Shown here one piece after another: positions 9,029 to 16,019 of a stretch of DNA of 32,000 nucleotides (its first letter is position 1; the number at the start of each line of letters is the position of its first letter). The stretch is from Faecalibaculum rodentium (lineage in GTDB: Bacteria; Bacillota_I; Bacilli_A; Erysipelotrichales; Erysipelotrichaceae). The position numbers were made by a program, and so were the translations under genes. The DNA lies in contig NZ_CP011391.1 in the NCBI RefSeq assembly GCF_001564455.1, positions 1,230,001 to 1,262,000 on the forward strand, read 5' to 3'. The notes under the pieces were generated by a model. It had not been told where the DNA came from, searched no databases, and worked only from the letters and a program-made list of their open reading frames with translations.

Positions 9029-9152
9029 GCTGTTCCTCCTTGACGTATCTGATCATGTCTATTGTAGGAAATTGACAGCAGCTAAGAAAATACCGGTTTT
9101 GCACCTGTCTCTATGCCTGACAGGCATGAAATAATCCGGTCGGAAAGCGGAA

Positions 9153-9179
9153 TACAAAAAGCACGCCATAATGGCGTGC
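9153..9179 (-). terminator. rho-independent terminator after the choloylglycine hydrolase gene
   Basis: The minus-strand RNA reads GCACGCC-attat-GGCGTGC followed by TTTTTGTATT. It lies 7 nt after the stop. Confidence 0.75.
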
Positions 9180-9185
9180 AGCAAA

Positions 9186-10175
9186 TCAGTTCTGTACAGT
9201 CACCTGCAGATCACGCAGGACAGGGTAGTCGGTCAGCTTGTCTGAATCCAGATCTTCCTTCATCAGATCGACCGCGCAAAGAGACGGATTGGAATACGTG
9301 GTGTAGTAGAACCGTCCGGTCTTCGTATTGGCACCGCAGGTATACTGCGTGATCTCATATTCATCAGGCTTTACCTGGTCTGCGCCTCGTGTCTGGGATA
9401 CCGAGCCGAGAATATGGAAGAACTGCGAGACATTTGCTTCCTCTGTATCCTCACAGACGGAATTCAGTGCGCTGAAAGCGACACGGACGAATCGGGAGAT
9501 CGAATCCAGACCGCCGGGGATGCCTGCACTGCCCATTCCGGCACCGAACTTGATGAAGCCCGGGAAATTCTTCGAGAACCGTGTCGTTTTGAAATCCCGG
9601 ATTTTGTTGGAGCAGTTGCAGTAGAACGAGAGGTTGTTGACGTGGAACGGGAAATCCGGCTCATTGGTCAGTACATGATAAGGGTTGTCATGAACCTGAA
9701 GTCCTTTTTCGGTGCTTTCTACGACAATTGAGCTCTCTGCGTCTGCGATCAGCCAGTGCAGCGGGCTTGGAGCGTACTTTGCACTGAACCCTTCATTGGT
9801 GATGTTGATGTTTTCGAGCTCCTGGCGGGCCTGGGCGGTGGTTTCACACCGGCTCAGAATATAGGGGATGAATTCAAAAGAAGCAATGTTTGTCTTCCCT
9901 TCCTGCACCGGAAAATATCTGCAGCTGGTCCAGAAGGCAAGGCCGGCACATCCCAACCCTTTTTCATTGATGCCCTCGAAATACAGAGGATAGTCATCCT
10001 GAATCATGCCCATTCCGATCATGGCATGATGCGCCGGGATGGAATCGGTATGACGCAGCTTGAATTCATAGTTTCGGGGTGTGATGACAACACTGACGGG
10101 ATAGTCGATTTCAAGATCGAGATTGCGGCCGAAAAAATGGTTCGACCCATTGGTAAATGAAAGACCTGTACACAT
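9186..10175 (-). CDS. choloylglycine hydrolase family protein (bile salt hydrolase / penicillin V acylase type Ntn hydrolase, 329 aa)
   Basis: MCTGLSFTNGSNHFFGRNLDLE... has the Cys2 nucleophile and the typical C59-family N-terminus. An AAAGGA SD lies upstream of the start. Confidence 0.9.
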   Translation of the reverse strand: MCTGLSFTNGSNHFFGRNLDLEIDYPVSVVITPRNYEFKLRHTDSIPAHHAMIGMGMIQDDYPLYFEGINEKGLGCAGLAFWTSCRYFPVQEGKTNIASFEFIPYILSRCETTAQARQELENINITNEGFSAKYAPSPLHWLIADAESSIVVESTEKGLQVHDNPYHVLTNEPDFPFHVNNLSFYCNCSNKIRDFKTTRFSKNFPGFIKFGAGMGSAGIPGGLDSISRFVRVAFSALNSVCEDTEEANVSQFFHILGSVSQTRGADQVKPDEYEITQYTCGANTKTGRFYYTTYSNPSLCAVDLMKEDLDSDKLTDYPVLRDLQVTVQN

Positions 10176-10308
10176 AAAAAATCCTTTCTGCAGAGCATGT
10201 CTGCGGCAGAGTCCTGCCTGTTCATTCTCCTTCTGATTATATTAGCCGGCCTGCAGAAACTCCGTTCTGAAGCCCGTGAGGCCGGTGACCCTGCAGGCGG
10301 AAAATCGA

Positions 10309-10810
10309 GTAGGTGTCATTAGACCCTCTCACACCACCCAGCATGCCGTTCGGCACTGGGCGGTTCGTACAAATAACCTTTCTGCCACCGTATCGAAGTA
10401 TTCCTCTATGGTCAGGAGGCCTTTCTTCTTCAGGTGTTCATTTTAATGAACCTGTTCAGGAACGTCGATGCGCACCTGGCATATCCCTGTCGTGCGTATG
10501 CATATGAGTGAGCCTTGTCTCTGGGACATCCCAGTTGGATGAGGCTCTCTTCTTTCTTCCTGATGCTTTTCCACTGCTTCCAGATGATGGTTCTGGTTCT
10601 TCTCCGGTGTTTTCTGTCCAGCTTTTGCACTGTGGTCCCATGTCAAGAAAACGGACACTGACTTTAGAGAGTCGGCAGATACTGCCAATTCTACGAAAGA
10701 TTTCCTCCGCTTCCTCCCTTGACAGTGGGGCCCACTATCCCCTGGACCCCTTTTTTTTCCTTCAACCAAAGAGTCAATAGCTGACAGTTTTGGCTGAAGG
10801 CTCATTAGTC
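10309..10810 (-). mobile_element. degenerate 3' fragment of a group II intron (maturase X-domain remnant plus domain V/VI-like RNA)
   Basis: The minus-strand ORF 10430..10630 encodes ..KLDRKHRRRTRTIIWKQWKSIRKKEESLIQLG..AYARQGYARCAS.., the characteristic C-terminal RT/maturase motif. Upstream parts are frameshifted. The region 10333-10364 folds into a 9-bp helix, a 2-nt bulge, a 4-bp helix and a tetraloop, which resembles domain V. The fragment ends ..ACCTAC near 10309. The upper boundary is approximate. Confidence 0.55.
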
Positions 10811-10854
10811 TACCAGGGGATAGCCCACTGTAAAGGGCGCTTCAGAATTCTTTC

Positions 10855-11505
10855 TCAATTAGTGCTGGTCCTTGGGTACATTACTTCATATTCTGTTGGG
10901 GGCATATATCCACAATGACTGTGTATCCGTTTCGGGTTGTACCACCCGTCAATATATTCGCTCACCAGTCTGTATGCGTGTCTGAAGTTCTGGATAACGA
11001 ACCTGTTCAGCCACTCCCTCTTGATCAGGGAGTGGAACGATTCAATACAGGCGTTGTCGTATGGAACACCTTTTGCTGAATAACTCCGTACCATTCCTCT
11101 GGTCAGTTTCCTGTACAGATCACAGGTATAGTGGACTCCACGATCTGTATGGATCATTATCGGCTCATTGGCCGGTCGCTGTTTCCTGGCTTCTTTGATT
11201 GATTCCAGAATCGGTCCTGTATCCAATGTTTTGGTAAGCTTCCAGGAAATGATCTTTCTCGAATAGAGATCCATGATGCAAGCCAGGTAGACGAATCCAT
11301 CCTGTCGTGTATGGATGTAGGTTATATCTGTACACCATACGCAGTTTGGGTGGTCTGGAGAGAAGTTTCTATCCAACAGGTTCTTCAGTTTTCCGCTGAA
11401 ATCACTGTGTATCGTTGTTTGTGTATGTGGTTTTACCCACTGTGCCCGGATCCCCATTTGACGCATATAGACTCCAACGGTCCTTTCTGTGATGGTTGAC
11501 CCCAA
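10855..11505 (-). pseudogene. IS3-family transposase OrfB (rve integrase core), 5'-truncated; no OrfA
   Basis: The translation (..PNCVWCTDITYIHT..GFVYLACIMDLYSRKIISWKL..IMIHTDRGVHYT..SAKGVPYDNACIESFHSLIKREW..YNPKRIHSHCGYMPPTEYE) shows the DDE/rve pattern. The reading frame begins abruptly at the U-tract of the nifJ terminator. The track start is a TTG inside the A-run. Confidence 0.85.
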
Positions 11506-11538
11506 AAAAAAACAGGAGAGTCTGTTCAGACTCTCCTG
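11504..11538 (-). terminator. rho-independent terminator of nifJ
   Basis: The minus-strand RNA reads CAGGAGAGTC-tgaaca-GACTCTCCTG followed by a run of nine T. It lies 23 nt after the stop. Confidence 0.85.
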
Positions 11539-11560
11539 CTGGTGTTCCCGTCAGGAACGA

Positions 11561-14500
11561 TTACATCTTGTTGTCGCGGATTGCTTCCAGACGGGCGTGA
11601 CGACGTTTTGCGTCAGCTTCCGCCTTTGCAAAGATCTCCTCTGCGAATTCAGGGCCTTTCAGCTTCACGAGCTGCGCATAGCGGGCTTCCTTCAGCATGA
11701 AATCCTTCATCTTGGAGTAGTCAGCCGGCTTCTTCGTGTCAATCGTCAGAGGCTGTTCCTTGCGCGGATCATAGCGGTACAGGTCTACATAACCGCATTC
11801 CACTGCATCACGCTGAACCTGCTGGTGGTTGCCCAGGCCGCCCTTGATGCCGTGCTCGGCACAGGGAGAGTAGGCAATGATCAGGGACGGTCCATCGTAG
11901 GATTCTGCTTCCTGGAACGCCTTCAGTGTCTGCATCTTGTCGGCACCCATGCAGACAGAAGCCACGTAGACGTGTCCATATGCCATGGCAATCTGACCCA
12001 GGTCCTTCTTCGCAGTGCTCTTGCCGCCTGCAGCAAACTTGGCTACAGACGCACGGGGAGTGGACTTGGAAGACTGACCGCCGGTGTTGGAGTACACTTC
12101 GGTATCCAGAACCAGGACGTTTACATTGACGTCGTTGGCCAGAACGTGATCCAGACCGCCGTAACCAATGTCATAAGCCCAGCCATCACCGCCGATGATC
12201 CAGTTGCTCTTGGCAACCAGGTCACCCTGCAGCAGAGTCTTGACGTCTTCGTTTACATCTGCAAATGCCACGAGTTCCTTGATTTTCGGGGCAAGTTCGC
12301 GCTGTTTGTCCTTGTCGTTGCCTGCATCCAGGTACTGCTGGAACAGGTCTCTCAGTTCCGGAACGACCTTGTCCAGGTTTTCTTCCATCGCTTTGTAGAT
12401 CTTGGCCTGGCTGTAGTTGTTGGCCAGTGCCATGCCATAGCCGAATTCTGCGTTGTCTTCAAACAGAGAGTTGGCCCATGCCACACCGTTGCCGTTCTTG
12501 TCCTTGACAAACGGGCTGGAGGGGTTGGCACCACAGTAGATGGAGGAGCAGCCGGTTGCGTTGGCAATCTGCATATCCTGACCGAACAGCTGGGAAGCCA
12601 GACGGTAGTACGGAGTTTCACCGCATCCAGGGCAGGATCCAGGTACCTCGAAGTACGGCATCAGCATCTGGGAACCCTTGATGGTGCCCTTCGGGAACAG
12701 GTCGTTCTTGTATTCGGTTTGCTTGAACAGGTAGTCTGCCAGAGGATCGAGGTACAGCTGAGAGTTGACATCGACCATCTTCAGAGCCTTTTCGCCCTTC
12801 TTGCCCGGGCATTCGTTGGCACACAGACCGCAGCCCACGCAGTTGGAGGGAGATACCTGAACACGCCAGCGCAGGTCTGTATCCTTTTTGCCCATCAGAG
12901 GCAGTGTTGCAAAGCCTTCGAATTCCTTCGGAGCATTTGCGATTTCTTCCGGTGTCAGGGCAAAGGTACGGATCGTGGCGTGCGGGCATACAAAGGAGCA
13001 GAATCCGCACTGAATGCAGTTGTCGGGGTTCCATTCGGGAACCAGCGTTGCAATGGTGCGTTTTTCCTTGAATGCGATGTTGTTCTGCATCGTGCCGTCC
13101 AGGACGCCGTTCTTCGTGAAGGAGGATACGGGCATGTCATAGCCTTCCAGACCATTGATCCGGGCAGCGTATTCATCCCAATACGGATCGCCTGTGGCTT
13201 CACGCAGAGAGGAAACGGGCAGATCTTTCCATTCGGGCTTCACTTCCACTTCCACCAGGCCGTCCTTGCCGGCGTCAATGGCTTTGTAGTTGAGTTCAAC
13301 GACTGCATCACCCTTTTTGCCATAGGACTTCTTGGCAGCAGCCTTCATCAGTTCGACTGCCTTGTCCAGCGGCATGATCTGCGGGTTCAGTGCGAAGAAC
13401 GCAGACTGCAGGATGGTGTTGGTCCGGCGTCCCATGCCGATGTTCTGGGCGATTTCCGTAGCGTCGATGATATAGAACTTGGCGTCCTTGTCAGCCAGTT
13501 CCTTTTTCAGACGGTTAGGCATGTGCTTCACGATTTCGTCCTTGTCGAACGTCGTGTTCAGCAGGAATGTTCCGCCTTTTTTCAGGTTGCGGGCCAGATC
13601 GTACTTGAACATGTAGCTGTCCAGAGATACGGAAATGAAGTCCGCGTTGTTGATGTAGTAGGTGGAGTGGATCGGGCTGTTGCCGAAACGCAGATGGGAA
13701 CGGGTTACGCCGCCGGCTTTCTTGGAGTCATAGGCATAATATCCCTGTGCATACATGTCGGTGTTGTCGCCAATGATCTTGATGGAGGACTTGTTGGCGG
13801 AAACGGTACCGTCGGATCCCAGACCCCAGAACAGACATTCAGTGGCATCGCTGTCAATGATGTAGTCCTTGTCCACGGGCAGCGATGTGAAGGTGACATC
13901 ATCTTCAATGCCGACTGTGAAACCGTTCTTCGGTTCTTCCTTCTTCAGTTCATCGAAGACAGCCTTGATCTGGTTGGGGGCTGTATCGTGGGAGCCCAGG
14001 CCATATCGACCGCCGACAATCTGAATGTCCTTGTCCTTCAGGGATGCCAGAACATCCAGGTACAGAGGCTCGCCGGAGGCGCCGCCTTCTTTTGTGCGGT
14101 CCAGAACAGCGATCTTCTTTGTGGTGGCGGGCAGTGCCTGCAGCAGGTACTTGGTGGAGAACGGACGGAACAGGTGAACTTTCACCAGACCGATTTTCTC
14201 TCCCTTTGCCACAAGGTCATTGACCACTTCTTCCGCTGTTTCATTCACGGAACCCATGGCCACGATCACACGTTCGGCATCAGGAGCACCCACATAGTTG
14301 AAGGGGTGATATTCACGGCCGGTGATCTCGGAGATCTTGTCCATGTATTTGGCCACGACATCCGGGATGTTTGCATAGTGTGTGTTTCTTGCTTCCACAC
14401 CCTGGAAGAAAATGTCGTCGTTTTCGTTTGCGCCGCGGGTCACAGGGTTGGTGTGAGGCTGCATGGCGTTTTTGCGGAACTCATCCAGTGCTTCGTAGTT

Positions 14501-15085
14501 GATCAGTTCCTTGTATTTGTCAGTGTCGAACACTTCGATCTTGTCCACTTCGTGGGATGTGCGGAAGCCATCGTGGAAGTGCAGGAACGGTGTGTGGGAC
14601 TCAATGGCTACCAGGTGCGCGATGCCGGCCAGGTCCATGACTTCCTGAACGGAGCCGGAGCTCAGCATCGGGATGCCCGTCTGGCGGACTGCATATACGT
14701 CTTCGTGGTCGCCGAAGATGTTCAGAGAACGGCTGGCAAGGGACCGGGCTGCCACATGCAGCACGACGGGAAGGTTTTCACCGACCCACTTGTAGATGTT
14801 GGGAATCATCAGCAGCAGACCCTGAGAAGCGGTGAAGGTTACCGGCAGGACACCTGCCTGGGCAGCACCGTGCACGGCACCGGAGGCTCCGGCTTCGGAC
14901 TGCAGTTCTGCAATTTTCAGCACTTCATCGAAGGCGTTCTTACGTCCCTGTGTCGCCCAGACATCCATCACCTCGGCCATCGGGCTGGACGGCGTGATCG
15001 GATAGATGCAGCTCATTTCCGAAAGAGCATAGGCGTTATGAGCGGCAGCAGTGTTGCCGTCCATGGACTGGAATGTTTTCGCCAT
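11561..15085 (-). CDS. nifJ: pyruvate:ferredoxin (flavodoxin) oxidoreductase (PFOR, 1174 aa)
   Basis: This is a full-length single-chain PFOR with two ferredoxin-type CxxCxxCxxxCP motifs (CIQCGFCSFVCP, CVGCGLCANECP) and a TPP domain (GGDGWAYDIGYGGLDH). I trimmed the start to ATG 15085 (MAKTFQSMDGNTAAAH..), which has AAGGAGG upstream. The track start is a TTG. Confidence 0.96.
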   Translation of the reverse strand: MAKTFQSMDGNTAAAHNAYALSEMSCIYPITPSSPMAEVMDVWATQGRKNAFDEVLKIAELQSEAGASGAVHGAAQAGVLPVTFTASQGLLLMIPNIYKWVGENLPVVLHVAARSLASRSLNIFGDHEDVYAVRQTGIPMLSSGSVQEVMDLAGIAHLVAIESHTPFLHFHDGFRTSHEVDKIEVFDTDKYKELINYEALDEFRKNAMQPHTNPVTRGANENDDIFFQGVEARNTHYANIPDVVAKYMDKISEITGREYHPFNYVGAPDAERVIVAMGSVNETAEEVVNDLVAKGEKIGLVKVHLFRPFSTKYLLQALPATTKKIAVLDRTKEGGASGEPLYLDVLASLKDKDIQIVGGRYGLGSHDTAPNQIKAVFDELKKEEPKNGFTVGIEDDVTFTSLPVDKDYIIDSDATECLFWGLGSDGTVSANKSSIKIIGDNTDMYAQGYYAYDSKKAGGVTRSHLRFGNSPIHSTYYINNADFISVSLDSYMFKYDLARNLKKGGTFLLNTTFDKDEIVKHMPNRLKKELADKDAKFYIIDATEIAQNIGMGRRTNTILQSAFFALNPQIMPLDKAVELMKAAAKKSYGKKGDAVVELNYKAIDAGKDGLVEVEVKPEWKDLPVSSLREATGDPYWDEYAARINGLEGYDMPVSSFTKNGVLDGTMQNNIAFKEKRTIATLVPEWNPDNCIQCGFCSFVCPHATIRTFALTPEEIANAPKEFEGFATLPLMGKKDTDLRWRVQVSPSNCVGCGLCANECPGKKGEKALKMVDVNSQLYLDPLADYLFKQTEYKNDLFPKGTIKGSQMLMPYFEVPGSCPGCGETPYYRLASQLFGQDMQIANATGCSSIYCGANPSSPFVKDKNGNGVAWANSLFEDNAEFGYGMALANNYSQAKIYKAMEENLDKVVPELRDLFQQYLDAGNDKDKQRELAPKIKELVAFADVNEDVKTLLQGDLVAKSNWIIGGDGWAYDIGYGGLDHVLANDVNVNVLVLDTEVYSNTGGQSSKSTPRASVAKFAAGGKSTAKKDLGQIAMAYGHVYVASVCMGADKMQTLKAFQEAESYDGPSLIIAYSPCAEHGIKGGLGNHQQVQRDAVECGYVDLYRYDPRKEQPLTIDTKKPADYSKMKDFMLKEARYAQLVKLKGPEFAEEIFAKAEADAKRRHARLEAIRDNKM

Positions 15086-15123
15086 GTGTATATAATCCTC
15101 CTTCTTGTTTACATACAATATCC

Positions 15124-15151
15124 ATTATAAGGAAAACCCCTTCGCTTTGAA
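15124..15151 (-). promoter_or_regulatory. possible nifJ promoter (TTCAAA-16 nt-TATAAT)
   Basis: On the minus strand, TATAAT lies at 15129-15124 and TTCAAA at 15151-15146. The -35 element sits in the loop of the upstream terminator. Confidence 0.35.
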
Positions 15152-15161
15152 AGGGGTTTTC
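15132..15161 (-). terminator. rho-independent terminator after the activase gene
   Basis: It has an 11-bp stem, GAAAACCCCTT and AAGGGGTTTTC, with an 8-nt loop. On the minus-strand RNA, TTTTCCTTAT follows the stem. Confidence 0.7.
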
Positions 15162-15221
15162 TGAGACGGATATACGGACAACTGTCAAAATATGACACTT
15201 TATGAGCCGGTGCCACCATGG

Positions 15222-16019
15222 TCAGCCAAACCACCCTGGCTGCAGCCCCAGGGCCCGTGCCCGATCCTGCACCCATTCTTTTAAACCAGGATCCGGGGCA
15301 GGTACTGCATGCAGGGAATACGGAAGTCCCAGCGCTGCATACTTCCCTTCTCCCAGGGAATGATAGAGCAGCACATCCACAGCCTCCGGCGGATTTGCCA
15401 GACCAGCAGCAGTCTGAAGACGGAGTTCCAGATCAGTTCGGGCATCGTTGCAGCCCGGTACCACCACCAGGCGGAGTCTCCATGGGATACGGGATGCCCC
15501 CAGAATGCTCAGGTTCTCGAGAATCTGTGCGTTGTCGCGTCCTGTCAGGGCTTTGTGAAGCATCGGGTCTGCGGCTTTCAGGTCAAACAGCACAAGATCG
15601 ACACCTGAGAGCAATGCAGAAAAAGAGCGGGCATCGCAGCAGCCGGATGTATCCAGACAGACATGGATCCCTTCTTTGTGAAGCAGCCGGGCACAGGCAA
15701 GAACAAACTCTGCCTGACTGGCTGCTTCCCCGCCGGAAAATGTGACACCGCCATCACTTTCTTCATAAAAGATGCGGTCCCGCAGAAGCCGTTCAGTCAG
15801 GGTATCCGGCGACATCCATTCCCCTACCCGCTGCTGTCCGTTTCCGAAGACCATGGTGACGGGCTCCGGTTTCAGGAATTCCGGATTGGAACACCATCGG
15901 CAGCGCAGGGGACAGCCCATGAGAAACACCGTTGTCCGGATTCCCGGTCCGTCCTCCGTGGAATAGCCCTGAATGTTTCCCACCAGTCCGCACCGCACAG
16001 ATCTGCCGGACGTTTTCAT
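15222..16019 (-). CDS. glycyl-radical enzyme activating protein (radical SAM, PflA-type, 265 aa)
   Basis: It has the CPLRCRWCSNPE radical-SAM cluster motif and the N-terminal GYSTEDGPGIRTTVFLMGC pattern. Its start forms an ATGA overlap with the stop of the upstream glycyl-radical enzyme. Confidence 0.92.
   Translation of the reverse strand: MKTSGRSVRCGLVGNIQGYSTEDGPGIRTTVFLMGCPLRCRWCSNPEFLKPEPVTMVFGNGQQRVGEWMSPDTLTERLLRDRIFYEESDGGVTFSGGEAASQAEFVLACARLLHKEGIHVCLDTSGCCDARSFSALLSGVDLVLFDLKAADPMLHKALTGRDNAQILENLSILGASRIPWRLRLVVVPGCNDARTDLELRLQTAAGLANPPEAVDVLLYHSLGEGKYAALGLPYSLHAVPAPDPGLKEWVQDRARALGLQPGWFG

Noticed and set aside
9113-9127. A 15-bp palindrome, ATGCCTG-A-CAGGCAT, lies ~85 nt upstream of the CMD-cupin gene.
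   Set aside because: It may be an operator, but there is no adjacent regulator gene, no second copy in the window, and no clear promoter overlap. I cannot support a call.
10313-10805. Several 60-120-codon ORFs on both strands lie between the hydrolase gene and the IS3 fragment.
   Set aside because: They are frameshifted pieces or shadows of the group II intron maturase remnant. None has an SD or an intact domain.
11489-15130. A 1213-codon open reading frame on the plus strand spans the whole of nifJ.
   Set aside because: It is the codon-aligned antisense frame of nifJ; both have codon boundaries at coordinate 2 mod 3. Stops in that frame would require TTA, CTA or TCA sense codons. Its openness therefore only shows that nifJ uses none of these three codons in 1174 codons, which reflects strong codon bias in a highly expressed gene. 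The translation is low-complexity (V, G, Q, H, F, L rich) and has no SD.
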